Below are positions 1-8,601 of a stretch of DNA of 64,000 nt, in pieces. The notes beneath the pieces were generated by a model. It saw only the letters and a program-made list of their open reading frames with translations. It had not been told where the DNA came from and ran no database searches. The stretch is from IMG/VR virus record IMGVR_UViG_3300029267_002476. One strand, written 5' to 3'. Position numbers and translations under genes: made by a program. This DNA is from a virus. Numbering within the stretch: position 1 is the stretch's first letter; each line of letters begins with the position of its first letter.

Positions 1-160
1 CTGTCCTCCCACAAGACTCGCACGATAAACCCGGAACCACAATACTGTGAAAGTATTCGTCATCGACTCCGGTGCCTACAAACATGTATCCACAGTGTTC
101 GCATTCAAACCTCACGTTTAGCTTTTTCCCTTGTCTTGTTATCACTTTAGCGACTTGCAT
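1..160 (-). CDS. hypothetical small Cys-rich (zinc-ribbon-like) protein, truncated by window edge
   Basis: ATG at 160-158 preceded by AAGGGG SD. Reads MQVAKVITRQGKKLNVRFECEHCGYMF...SCESCG and stays open to position 1. Two CxxC pairs. Confidence 0.4.
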   Translation of the reverse strand, partial: MQVAKVITRQGKKLNVRFECEHCGYMFVGTGVDDEYFHSIVVPGLSCESCGRT

Positions 161-209
161 CTTGTCCCCTTAGAATATATTCCGTGTTCCATTATTGTTA
201 ACTATCGCA

Positions 210-1193
210 TTATGGTTCTTGTTTTGTATTTTTGCTACAAATACAAGGTATTAAGTTTTCTTCCTGTGATTGTTCTCCCTCTATCTCACTTAGTAGTTTG
301 TCCGCCGTTCTTTTGACTTGGTTAAGCAGGAAGGTGGCATTACGCACGAAGTCTGGGTTCGATGTTTCTCCGCCGCCTTCTCCGAACCACTCCAGGAACC
401 CCTTCGCTGACAAAGCTTTATATCCACATTTTTCTCTGACCGCATCTCTTAGCGCCCGCAGACCTGCGACCTCGCTGTCCTTATCTTTTCTGTCTTCATA
501 ATCCTCTGTAGCTAGCTGTGTCTCTTTTATCCGGAAATCGTGCCCGCGCCTCATCGCCCGGACCACGAACATCAGATCTGAGAACTCCATGTTCTCCCCC
601 GCGAGTTTGAAGATCTTCCTAAACACCTTCGGAGCCTCGCTCCCTATCTCCGTCATCATCTTGTGCTCAGGATCCTCGCGCCGCATTAGCTTGCCGATCA
701 TGGAATGGACAACGTGCGGACTCCACTCCACGGAACTCTTCTGTGTTCCGACCTTGGACTGCTTTGCTGTTCGCCCGCTCTGGACCTCCAGGAGCCCGCA
801 CCCGTCCGGAACTTCCGACTTATCGATCAGTCCCGTGGGCACAACATACAGGAACTCTGTCCCCAGTCTCATGCCCGGCTCTCGCTTGGATGGATCTCTG
901 ATTTCGTTCAGAAAGTCAGAACGACTGGCTTTTATCTCAAGCACTACAACTCTTGGCGCCCCGCGCACCGAGATAGCCACAATATCGAACCGGCGACAAT
1001 TGCCACGCTCTGGGTTCTCTATCTCTTCTAGGACTACCCACTCAGGAGCCGGGTATCTCATACGCGCCGCCGCGTAGACCTCCTTCGAGACCTCCTTGGT
1101 TGGCATGCCCGCCCACCACTTTGGCTTAATCTGAAATTTTCGAGCACCCCCGCCCTTACCCATTCTTGGCCTCATGGTCCTCGCCCAATTCAA
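210..1193 (-). CDS. PD-(D/E)XK-fold nuclease-like protein (MmcB-like N-terminal half) with C-terminal extension
   Basis: 327-aa ORF. Motif FDIVAISV...VVVLEIKASRSDF resembles the D...(D/E)xK restriction-endonuclease fold. Start could be 1193, 1175 or 1163. Confidence 0.45.
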   Translation of the reverse strand: MNWARTMRPRMGKGGGARKFQIKPKWWAGMPTKEVSKEVYAAARMRYPAPEWVVLEEIENPERGNCRRFDIVAISVRGAPRVVVLEIKASRSDFLNEIRDPSKREPGMRLGTEFLYVVPTGLIDKSEVPDGCGLLEVQSGRTAKQSKVGTQKSSVEWSPHVVHSMIGKLMRREDPEHKMMTEIGSEAPKVFRKIFKLAGENMEFSDLMFVVRAMRRGHDFRIKETQLATEDYEDRKDKDSEVAGLRALRDAVREKCGYKALSAKGFLEWFGEGGGETSNPDFVRNATFLLNQVKRTADKLLSEIEGEQSQEENLIPCICSKNTKQEP

Positions 1194-1689
1194 CCAGTCT
1201 GTCCAGCATGACCGAGAGAATATCCCTCTTCGTCTTGGCCCATGTCGCTCTGTAACAAGTAGTCGCGTCTTTATCGGCTGCTATGTCTTTCCGGGCGCCA
1301 TGGTCAGTCGCCGCGCTCATCCGGCCAGTCGACTCAGCAGCACGCCGAATGGCAATGTGGTCCAGGGTGTCGACGGCTGTAGTAGCAACAGCAAAAGCTA
1401 TAGCCGCCGCCGCTTCCTTCTTGGCTGTGCTCCAATAGTGATACGCCCTCTCGATACGATGAGAGCCTTCTTCGGGGCTTGTAGCGAACTCCCGCGCCCA
1501 GCGCAGAACTACGTCGGTTGGCAGCAACCGAGACACCATCCACAACCTATCATCCACATGGACGCCTATCTCGGAGATCTCCCTCACCGACCGCTCCGGA
1601 TGCTCTCCCCATATTTCGATGATCCTATTGCGAGTGTACTCCCCGCAAATGTTGGCATTCAAGAGATCTACAACGCTAAACTTCTTCAC
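1156..1689 (-). CDS. hypothetical protein
   Basis: 177-aa ORF co-oriented with and tightly packed against its neighbours. No motif recognised. Confidence 0.45.
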   Translation of the reverse strand: MKKFSVVDLLNANICGEYTRNRIIEIWGEHPERSVREISEIGVHVDDRLWMVSRLLPTDVVLRWAREFATSPEEGSHRIERAYHYWSTAKKEAAAAIAFAVATTAVDTLDHIAIRRAAESTGRMSAATDHGARKDIAADKDATTCYRATWAKTKRDILSVMLDRLVELGEDHEAKNG

Positions 1690-2002
1690 TGTCCACCTCG
1701 TTGCATGATTCCGCAGCCTTCCTCACATTATCTAACATCTCCTCGCTATTTAGAATGCCACCCAACTCTTCCAGCATTTCAATCATCCATTCCAGGACCA
1801 TCCCCCCCCCGGCGTGCAAACCCTGCTCATAAACATCAAGCGTCGACTCTTCAGGAACCGAGGCTTCGTATGCAATGTCATGCGCTCGTTCTGCCTTTGC
1901 CTTGTGCGCATTGGCCGCATTGTCCACACTAACCTTCTGCTCGCGCACTCTCTCCAGCGCGATCTTCTTGAATATATTGACACCCTTGCAATAACACGTC
2001 AT
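1676..2002 (-). CDS. hypothetical protein
   Basis: 108-aa ORF, 14-nt overlap with the downstream gene. No motif recognised. Confidence 0.45.
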   Translation of the reverse strand: MTCYCKGVNIFKKIALERVREQKVSVDNAANAHKAKAERAHDIAYEASVPEESTLDVYEQGLHAGGGMVLEWMIEMLEELGGILNSEEMLDNVRKAAESCNEVDSEEV

Positions 2003-2028
2003 TTGCCTTCTCCTTTGAGAATGTGTCT

Positions 2029-2370
2029 CTACACCCCCTTCAAAAGCTCCTCGTCTTCGGGCGCAGGACCATTGTCCCTGCTATCCGCGATCGATTTATA
2101 CTCCACCTGATCTTTTATGTAGATCTGAGCGAATCGTTTCATCTCGTGCTCGTTGAACTCGAACCCCATTCGCGCAGCCAGCCTCTCCAGATACGTCATC
2201 GTTACGCACCCAGCTATTAGGCCCGACTCGTAATCGCTTCCCTTGCTGCCGTATCGCCGGATTAAGCTCCGCATCTTGGGTTTTCCGCAGACGTACCAGT
2301 CCTTACCCCGCTGATCGGTGCCCAGAAAAGTGCATCCGTCACAATCGTGCTCATGAATAGGCTTAGACAT
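2029..2370 (-). CDS. hypothetical protein
   Basis: ORF track gives 2029-2520. The internal ATG at 2370 (MSKPIHEHDCDGC...) removes a 158-nt overlap with ORF 2363-2596. Confidence 0.45.
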   Translation of the reverse strand: MSKPIHEHDCDGCTFLGTDQRGKDWYVCGKPKMRSLIRRYGSKGSDYESGLIAGCVTMTYLERLAARMGFEFNEHEMKRFAQIYIKDQVEYKSIADSRDNGPAPEDEELLKGV

Positions 2371-2596
2371 GAGTTGCCTCGATAATCCTGTCAGCCAGCT
2401 TGTTAACAATCCGCTGAGCCCTGTTTGCCAGATCTTCCGACGCCCTAGAGCATGTTGCGTTGAGCAACTCGCTGCCCACTCTAGCAGCCCGCTCCGCCCA
2501 TTCGGCCTTCTCTTTGCCATCTACACATGCGCAGTAGTCGACGTTAACAACGCGTTCTAGATGGGTAACCAGACTCCTGTATTCTCCAACTTTCAT
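2363..2596 (-). CDS. hypothetical protein
   Basis: 77-aa ORF, co-oriented, 8-nt overlap with the next gene. Confidence 0.4.
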   Translation of the reverse strand: MKVGEYRSLVTHLERVVNVDYCACVDGKEKAEWAERAARVGSELLNATCSRASEDLANRAQRIVNKLADRIIEATHV

Positions 2597-2614
2597 GACT
2601 GCTGCCTTTCTTCT

Positions 2615-2800
2615 CTATGGCTGCTTTGGCTCCCACTCGCTGATGACAGCCGCCTTGGCGCGATCCGCATCCGGGTACTCTCCAGGGCCAAACATGGACT
2701 CTAGGTTCGATATTGAGAAATACTCGTCGATCTCTCTGATCGACTTGAACTCTTCAACACCGAAAGTGCCTAAATACCTCTCGATTAAGTCGTGCATCAC
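2615..2800 (-). CDS. hypothetical protein
   Basis: 61-aa acidic ORF filling the gap between neighbours. Confidence 0.35.
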   Translation of the reverse strand: MMHDLIERYLGTFGVEEFKSIREIDEYFSISNLESMFGPGEYPDADRAKAAVISEWEPKQP

Positions 2801-2820
2801 AACTCCTTATGATTTGTGCC

Positions 2821-3045
2821 CTACAGCTTCAGCACTCGGGCAAATACCTCGCCGTCCTCTGAGCCCCACCCGATGTCATCGGGCGCATTATCAAACACCG
2901 TGGACGGATTGCAGTTCTCGTCCAAAGTCGCCGTCTTCATGGACTCGACAATATTGGTTCTATACATGTACAAGGCCCGATTCGCTTCCACGCCCCAGCA
3001 GTCGCCTGTCCAACATTGACCATGTGAATTCTTTACGTAATACAT
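2821..3045 (-). CDS. hypothetical protein
   Basis: The track start at 3108 lies upstream of the predicted -10 box (3093-3098), so it would not be on the transcript. ATG at 3045 follows an AGAGGA SD (MYYVKNSHGQCW...). Confidence 0.45.
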   Translation of the reverse strand: MYYVKNSHGQCWTGDCWGVEANRALYMYRTNIVESMKTATLDENCNPSTVFDNAPDDIGWGSEDGEVFARVLKL

Positions 3046-3092
3046 CCTGTCCTCTTTCCAGGCCGGGTCTTTCCCTCGCCCTCTCACTGTAC

Positions 3093-3121
3093 AACTTACA
3101 TCCTGCAAAGTAGTTTGTCAA
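3093..3121 (-). promoter_or_regulatory. sigma70-like promoter (GTTGACAAA -35, N17, TAAGTT -10)
   Basis: The minus strand reads GTTGACAaactactttgcaggatgTAAGTT. It is homologous over about 75 nt to the promoter-leader at 35160-35241. Confidence 0.55.
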
Positions 3122-3201
3122 CACCCTCTGGGGAAAGAAACCAAATATCTCTGATCACCCTGATCAGCTACCTTAGATACGTCTAATATCAACCTTACTA
3201 A

Positions 3202-3654
3202 TTACGCCAAATCATCTATCGATGGCATCTTCGCGGACGCATCAAGCCCCTTGATTACATCGGCAATTTCCTGATACAGCAGTCGACCTTCTTTTGTCAA
3301 CACTCCGTCTTCGATGTACCCCCGACTCTTTGCCCATCCCTGGCGCGAGAACACCGGCCACCCTTCTCCCAGTGTCGATTCTAGAAGATCCACAACCATT
3401 CTCTTGCCCGTGTTAATGACAGGTTCTTCCGCCTCTTGTACGCTCACCTCGGATAGAAAAGACATACTAGTCTCAGCATCAGCGAGCCTCACACCACCCT
3501 CGCTACTACAGACCCAGAGCCCCCCTGAGCCATCGCTCACGACCTTTGTTATTGACAGCTCATCTCCGGGGTATTTCTCTCCTTTGCCACTCTCCCTCGT
3601 CAGAAAGAACCCTGGATTGCCAGGCCGAACCTTGCTAAAATCAACCTTACTCAT
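3202..3654 (-). CDS. hypothetical protein
   Basis: 150-aa ORF with GGAGGG SD. No motif recognised. Confidence 0.5.
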   Translation of the reverse strand: MSKVDFSKVRPGNPGFFLTRESGKGEKYPGDELSITKVVSDGSGGLWVCSSEGGVRLADAETSMSFLSEVSVQEAEEPVINTGKRMVVDLLESTLGEGWPVFSRQGWAKSRGYIEDGVLTKEGRLLYQEIADVIKGLDASAKMPSIDDLA

Positions 3655-3911
3655 CGAGCCCTCCGTTTTCTCTGTCTCTTAGATCGATTTCGAATCGTTT
3701 GCGAACTCAAGTTCGCGACCTCTCTCCTTGTCCATCTGTCGACTGTCGCCATAATAAGACACAAAGGAATCACCGGCCAGAGAAGGACAGTAATCAACGC
3801 GCCCTCCCCCTTAAGGCCCGAGCCATGAACCGCTTCAACAACAACCAGCACAATAGCGAACAGCATACCTACAAGCAGATAGGCCAACACCCATGCAATA
3901 GGATCGCCCAC
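3651..3911 (-). CDS. small membrane protein with basic C-terminal tail
   Basis: Two hydrophobic helices (IAWVLAYLLVGMLFAIVLVVV, ALITVLLWPVIPLCLIMA). The tail reads through palindrome 3701-3716. Confidence 0.5.
   Translation of the reverse strand: MGDPIAWVLAYLLVGMLFAIVLVVVEAVHGSGLKGEGALITVLLWPVIPLCLIMATVDRWTRREVANLSSQTIRNRSKRQRKRRAR
3701..3716. promoter_or_regulatory. 16-bp palindrome GCGAACTCAAGTTCGC (family copy 1)
   Basis: Perfect inverted repeat. 46 nt upstream of the start at 3654. Confidence 0.8.
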
Positions 3912-4295
3912 TTATACGCCCATTATTTCACGAGCCCTGCTCACGAGAAATGCCCTGATGTACTGAGGCAACGTCCCGTCTGGAAAAACCATATGATTGC
4001 CAATAACGGATCTGGCTACCCCGAGCCAATGATCCCCGCGCACCCCAGCAAGGGTCTGCCACGACGAATACGAGAATCGAACCCATTCCCACGGGTCACT
4101 GCTCCCTGGGCCACCCTCTTTATCAATCTCATACATTGAAACGGGGACATTAGGCCAGACCGCAATGGCGCGAGCCATCTCTGGAGAGATAGCATTTACC
4201 ATTGACACATTTTCATCGTGGCGCTCTTTGTACGAGATTAGAATGTCCTCAAACTCACTTATGCGCGACGGAATGACACTACTACTATCCAACAT
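3912..4295 (-). CDS. hypothetical protein
   Basis: 127-aa ORF abutting the downstream gene. Confidence 0.5.
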   Translation of the reverse strand: MLDSSSVIPSRISEFEDILISYKERHDENVSMVNAISPEMARAIAVWPNVPVSMYEIDKEGGPGSSDPWEWVRFSYSSWQTLAGVRGDHWLGVARSVIGNHMVFPDGTLPQYIRAFLVSRAREIMGV

Positions 4296-4305
4296 GCTAT
4301 ACCTC

Positions 4306-4500
4306 CTAAATCACAACAATCCGTTGAAGCTCCCCGTCCTTTCCCTTGCTGTACAGGTCCTCATTCACGGACTTGTGCAAAAGCGACACTGCCATGCGGA
4401 CAACCGCCGCCATTGTCTTAGCCCGGCACTTTGCCTTACAGTCATTCACCATTTCTCTGACGTCACCATCCAACGCTACAACAAAGCGATCTCTCATCAT
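4306..4500 (-). CDS. small protein, possible ribbon-helix-helix DNA-binding fold
   Basis: 64 aa. N-terminal beta-like RFVVALDGDV is followed by two helical segments. It is the first gene after a TTGACA element. Confidence 0.35.
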   Translation of the reverse strand: MMRDRFVVALDGDVREMVNDCKAKCRAKTMAAVVRMAVSLLHKSVNEDLYSKGKDGELQRIVVI

Positions 4501-4566
4501 CTTGCCTTTCTGCTATCAACCATCAATCCGGCACCAAAACCAGTGTAATATTACCCTGAACTTGGA

Positions 4567-4595
4567 ATACAACACAGGAAGGGATAATTTGTCAA
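4567..4595 (-). promoter_or_regulatory. candidate promoter (GTTGACAAA -35; weak -10 TTGTAT)
   Basis: The minus strand reads GTTGACAaattatcccttcctgtgTTGTAT, in the gap between the methylase stop and the next gene. Confidence 0.35.
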
Positions 4596-4608
4596 CGAAA
4601 GGATATAA

Positions 4609-5892
4609 TCACTCGTCACTTGCGAGTTCAGACCACTCAGCTCCATCAGAAACGCGAACAGGGGACACCCCGGACATATTAAAGTACCGATCACAAATCA
4701 CATCGCAGTAATGAGGGTCAAGCTCAATCCCGTTGCAACGCCTACCCGTCTTCTCTGCTGCCATCATCGTGGTTCCGCTACCAAGGAAGGAATCGATAAC
4801 CAGGTCGCCCCTAACAGAGCTGTTTTTTATAGCCTTCTCCACAAGCTCTACGGGCTTCATAGTTGGATGCACAGGGTTCCTTCCTGGCTTGTCAAAGAAC
4901 CAAACATCCCCTTGATCCCTGGCCCCGCACCAGTGCCTGTCAGCGGCCCCGTCCGGCCACCCATACAGTATCGGCTCGTACTGGCGCTGGTAGTCCGATC
5001 GACCGATGGTGAAGCGATCCTTCGCCCATATTATGAACGTGGACCAATGTCCTCCGGCCTCCCTGAACGAAGACTGGAGCACATCCAGCTCTGAACTGGA
5101 CATGCAAATATACATAGCCCCTTCGCAGTGGCTGGTCATATTTCTGATCGCGGCCAGAAGGAACGGCTTGAACTCATTACCAAGGTTGTCATTTTCAATT
5201 TTTCGGTCATCGCTATAGTCAACGTTATAAGGAGGATCGGTAAAAACCATCCTTGCCTTCTCGCCGTCCATTAACTGCGACATCACACCAGGGTCCGTCG
5301 AGTCACCACATATCAACCTATGCGGGCCGAGTTTCCAAATGTCCCCCAGGCTAGACACCCCTTTGACATTCTCGTTAATGTCATCGTTCCCGTCAGACGT
5401 CCCTCCGTCCTGCTTATCAAGCATCCGAGTGATAACCTCGTTAACCTCTTTTTCTGAAAACCCTATGCCGTCCATCACATCGGAGTCCTCTTTCAAAAGA
5501 CCCTCTAGCATCTTACCAAGTGCGTCCTTGTCCCAGACCGAGACAATTTCCCCTAGCCTGTTGTCTGAGATGTTGAAGCCAGCAGCCGTCGCGCCATCAT
5601 CATCGGCCCATATAACAGGCACATGCTTAATGCCAAGCTCCTGGAGAGCGTACAGGCGTTGATGCCCCGCCTCTATGACATTGTTCCTCTTATTCACAAT
5701 AATCGGCCACCGAACCCCATACCTGCGAATGCCCGCAACTAGCCTGTCTAGCATCTTCGTTTTTCTAGGATTCGATGGATCAGGTTTAATGTCATCAACA
5801 GAAGTCAGGAAACCAACCAGGTCGCCAAGCACCTCAACACGCCCGCTGCTAGCCTTAACAAAACAACGATCACCGTCCTTCTCGTACAGCAC
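4609..5892 (-). CDS. ParB-like nuclease domain fused to a beta-class N6A/N4C DNA methyltransferase
   Basis: N-terminal ParB/Srx-like region (VIEAGHQRLYALQELG). Catalytic FTDPPYN motif, followed C-terminally by the AdoMet motif VIDSFLGSGTT. GTG start. Confidence 0.85.
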   Translation of the reverse strand: MLYEKDGDRCFVKASSGRVEVLGDLVGFLTSVDDIKPDPSNPRKTKMLDRLVAGIRRYGVRWPIIVNKRNNVIEAGHQRLYALQELGIKHVPVIWADDDGATAAGFNISDNRLGEIVSVWDKDALGKMLEGLLKEDSDVMDGIGFSEKEVNEVITRMLDKQDGGTSDGNDDINENVKGVSSLGDIWKLGPHRLICGDSTDPGVMSQLMDGEKARMVFTDPPYNVDYSDDRKIENDNLGNEFKPFLLAAIRNMTSHCEGAMYICMSSSELDVLQSSFREAGGHWSTFIIWAKDRFTIGRSDYQRQYEPILYGWPDGAADRHWCGARDQGDVWFFDKPGRNPVHPTMKPVELVEKAIKNSSVRGDLVIDSFLGSGTTMMAAEKTGRRCNGIELDPHYCDVICDRYFNMSGVSPVRVSDGAEWSELASDE

Positions 5893-5954
5893 TCTTCACC
5901 TCCATTTGTCATCTGCAATCACTAGAAGGACCGTATCATAAAATAAATAAAACA

Positions 5955-5970
5955 ACGAACTCAAGTTCGC
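5955..5970. promoter_or_regulatory. palindrome family copy 2 (ACGAACTCAAGTTCGC, 15/16)
   Basis: Intergenic, 62 nt upstream of the methylase start. TATGAT lies 14 nt downstream on the minus strand. Confidence 0.75.
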
Positions 5971-5976
5971 ATGGCA

Positions 5977-6411
5977 CTAGCGCCTGCGACGAATACCCAG
6001 CTTGGCCTTAATAGCCGTCAGATCATCCTTCTGCCCATCCAACTTCTCATCCACCTGATCGATCTTGATCTTGGCGCGAGATTGCTCCTCGCGCATCGCA
6101 TTCATTTGGACATTTAGAACCTTCTGCTCGGTTCTCACTTCGCCCTGAGCATCCTTGACCTTCGACAGTGCACCCTCTACGCCCTTCACCCTGTCAGCCA
6201 TGCTGCCGATGCTGTAGTACAATGCACCTGCTGCAAAGACAATGGGAGTAGCCCAGGTTATGATCTTGATCCATATGTCCTTGGACATTGACCCTTGCTG
6301 CTGAGTCCCAGGCGCATAACTATAATGTCGATTTCGCATTTTTGCTCCTGAGCTGTCTGGGGTTTCCTGATCGGGTTTTGGAATAGGGACAGGTTTTGTA
6401 TTCTCTCTCAT
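5977..6411 (-). CDS. membrane-anchored coiled-coil protein
   Basis: ATG at 6411 follows a TAGGAGAGGG SD. TM segment IITWATPIVFAAGALYYSI, then a heptad-like charged region. Confidence 0.5.
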   Translation of the reverse strand: MRENTKPVPIPKPDQETPDSSGAKMRNRHYSYAPGTQQQGSMSKDIWIKIITWATPIVFAAGALYYSIGSMADRVKGVEGALSKVKDAQGEVRTEQKVLNVQMNAMREEQSRAKIKIDQVDEKLDGQKDDLTAIKAKLGIRRRR

Positions 6412-6544
6412 GCCCTCTCCTAAACTGCACGCAAAGCAACACGTGCCACAGTAATAAAATAACACCTGAGTGATTCTATCTCAATACAGAAACAAATTGT
6501 TGAATAATAACGAAGCGTCTTAATCCAGGGCGCGGAGTAACCTG

Positions 6545-7480
6545 CTAATGAACAACGTCTGCCTTCTTAGAGTCTTCCTCTAGAACCTCGTCTTTTGCCT
6601 CTGGCTCGTCGGCTTCATCCTCGTCGTCAAGCTGGCGAATCAAGTCCTCCCCATAGACAACCCGGTCCTCTGACTCGTTGTATGCGATTAGACGCAGGCC
6701 CAAAACTTTCTCATATTTACTCATGAGATCGCCCACCGAGCGGATCGTCATGTTGCTCGCAATGTAGTCGGTGCAGATGAGATCCAGGAGATTCCCTGGC
6801 TTGTCGCTCTCTGCTGGACCCATGGCGATCTCCGCTGCCCTTTTCCAGTTGTCCATTTGAAGCGGGAATAGCTTAAAGTTGAGACCCTTCGGTTTTTCAT
6901 CAGAGTCGTCCGAACTCGAAGGGCCTGTGCCATCATCTTCCGCTGATGTCATCTCCTTCAGCATCTTCTCGATCTCTGCAACTGACTTGCCGTCAATCCT
7001 AGCTCTCCACTCGCGAGCGTTCTCTTCTGTGACTTTGCCGACCAGCATTCTAGCCTTGGTCCATCCGATTGACCGGATCCACGCCTGGATATTTGGCGAC
7101 AGCTCGTTGGTCCATTTTTGAATCTGAACCAGGTATTGAGCCTTGCGCACCTGGATGTCGATCTCGTTCTCGACGTAGTCCTTCCAGGATTCGAATCCCC
7201 ACGCCCGATAGCAGCCCCGCTCGTAAACATCCTCTAAAGCGACCGCGAGATCCCAGTACGACTCGTCTGTCTTGGCCCTCAAGGAGAGAACCTTGCGACG
7301 CAGATCCTTGAACTCGTACTCCGAGTCACTAGACGCACCCTCTGACTCCTCACCGACCACAGCAAGGGCCGTCTCGTCCTTAGACTGCTCGTCTGCTCCG
7401 GATTCCTCTGTCGACGCGTCTTCGCCCTGATAAACGGCCACTGCCTCTTTTGTTTCTTCTTCGGCTGCAACTTTGCCCAT
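6545..7480 (-). CDS. acidic hypothetical protein
   Basis: 311-aa ORF with long D/E-rich termini. The central region YWDLAVALEDVYERGCYRAWGFESWKDYVE is reminiscent of phage DNA-binding proteins, but I did not assign it. Confidence 0.5.
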   Translation of the reverse strand: MGKVAAEEETKEAVAVYQGEDASTEESGADEQSKDETALAVVGEESEGASSDSEYEFKDLRRKVLSLRAKTDESYWDLAVALEDVYERGCYRAWGFESWKDYVENEIDIQVRKAQYLVQIQKWTNELSPNIQAWIRSIGWTKARMLVGKVTEENAREWRARIDGKSVAEIEKMLKEMTSAEDDGTGPSSSDDSDEKPKGLNFKLFPLQMDNWKRAAEIAMGPAESDKPGNLLDLICTDYIASNMTIRSVGDLMSKYEKVLGLRLIAYNESEDRVVYGEDLIRQLDDEDEADEPEAKDEVLEEDSKKADVVH

Positions 7481-7481
7481 C

Positions 7482-7976
7482 TTAACTCCTCCTTAAATAT
7501 TCAGCGATGACATAAGCATCAGCAATGTTGTCATCCTGTGTTTTAAACCCCATGGCATTTACGGCTGAGACTATCTCATTCTTGCCCGCTTTGCCCTTTG
7601 AAAAACGTCCCCTGCCCAACACTTTCTTCCGAGCCTTCGCCGCAGGAATTACCACAGGCGCAACCCCGAAGACTAGCCACATCTGAGTTTTGACAACTCC
7701 GTGGATTTCTCCCAGATCATTCTGTGCACCCCTCGCGCTGAAAGCGTAATTCTCGATCCCTATCCCGCCTATCTCATGGCCGTCGGCAACCACCCCCTTG
7801 ATCGATCTCACGATCCTGCCAGCGATATGCGTCAACCGTTCTATCTTGTCTCTATCAGGCGCATCCTTCTTCAGGCTCAACCCGAAGCACTCACCCAAGA
7901 TGCTCTCTCCTGACTCACCAATAACAGCACAACCTGTCCCGACCAGCGACAGGTCCAACCCGATGAAAATCTTCAA
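7482..7976 (-). CDS. ruvC: RuvC-like Holliday junction resolvase
   Basis: N-terminal MKIFIGLDLSLVGTGCAVI, plus IGIENYAF and NIADAYVIAEY, which correspond to the RuvC acidic catalytic motifs. Confidence 0.7.
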   Translation of the reverse strand: MKIFIGLDLSLVGTGCAVIGESGESILGECFGLSLKKDAPDRDKIERLTHIAGRIVRSIKGVVADGHEIGGIGIENYAFSARGAQNDLGEIHGVVKTQMWLVFGVAPVVIPAAKARKKVLGRGRFSKGKAGKNEIVSAVNAMGFKTQDDNIADAYVIAEYLRRS

Positions 7977-7991
7977 CTGGCATCTCCCCGG

Positions 7992-8318
7992 CTACTTAAA
8001 CGCCGCGTTCATCCATTTTGCTATGGCCCTCCAAATTCGAGCCATAAGCGGTATCTTCGGAGCAGGAATGTACGAAATCATACGCTCCCTGCCCTTGTGA
8101 TCATAGAGCCTCACCGTTACAACTTTTCGATCTCTCTCAGGGACATCTATCACCCACGACCCCCCTCCAGGGGTATCGATGCTGACCTTGTCCTTCTTTT
8201 CCTCTTTTTTTGCCATGGAAACACCAGAGTCGCAATCAAGATGCGAGTCCGATCCTACACGATGCTCATCGCTTTCGCTATAATATCCAACGCTGCACTT
8301 TTTGCCGTTGCTATTCAT
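7992..8318 (-). CDS. hypothetical protein
   Basis: 108-aa ORF, 8-nt overlap with the upstream gene. Confidence 0.45.
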   Translation of the reverse strand: MNSNGKKCSVGYYSESDEHRVGSDSHLDCDSGVSMAKKEEKKDKVSIDTPGGGSWVIDVPERDRKVVTVRLYDHKGRERMISYIPAPKIPLMARIWRAIAKWMNAAFK

Positions 8319-8601
8319 TGGATCCTTTGTCCCATGGCCATTCCCCTACCTTTATATTGACAGACATCCTGGTCGTCATCAACGACCGAGCCGTCCCAGC
8401 TGGCCCACGAGCTACCATGTTGCGCCTCTCAAGCGACTTGACCAAATCAGCAACTGCATTCGTGGATCCTATGCCCAGGTACTCGCAAAGCTCTCGCAAA
8501 GTGGGAGCCACGCCCAACTCACCCCATAGGTGCTCGATAGCATTAACAACATCCATCTGGCGCTTCGTAGGCTCTTTACCCACTGATCCATATCTCTGCA
8601 T
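8311..8601 (-). CDS. LexA N-terminal-type winged-helix DNA-binding protein (no peptidase domain)
   Basis: PTKRQMDVVNAIEHLWGELGVAPTLRELCEYLGIGSTNAVADLVKSLERRNMV parallels the LexA DNA-binding domain. Only 96 aa. Confidence 0.55.
   Translation of the reverse strand: MQRYGSVGKEPTKRQMDVVNAIEHLWGELGVAPTLRELCEYLGIGSTNAVADLVKSLERRNMVARGPAGTARSLMTTRMSVNIKVGEWPWDKGSNE

Noticed and set aside
1174-1932. 252-aa plus-strand ORF
   Set aside because: It is antisense to three tightly packed minus-strand genes, has Pro/Arg/Ser-rich low-complexity composition and no SD. It is a typical shadow ORF.
2821-3108. Longer 95-aa version of ORF 2821-3045
   Set aside because: Its first 21 codons coincide with the conserved promoter-leader cassette, and the -10 box lies downstream of the proposed ATG.
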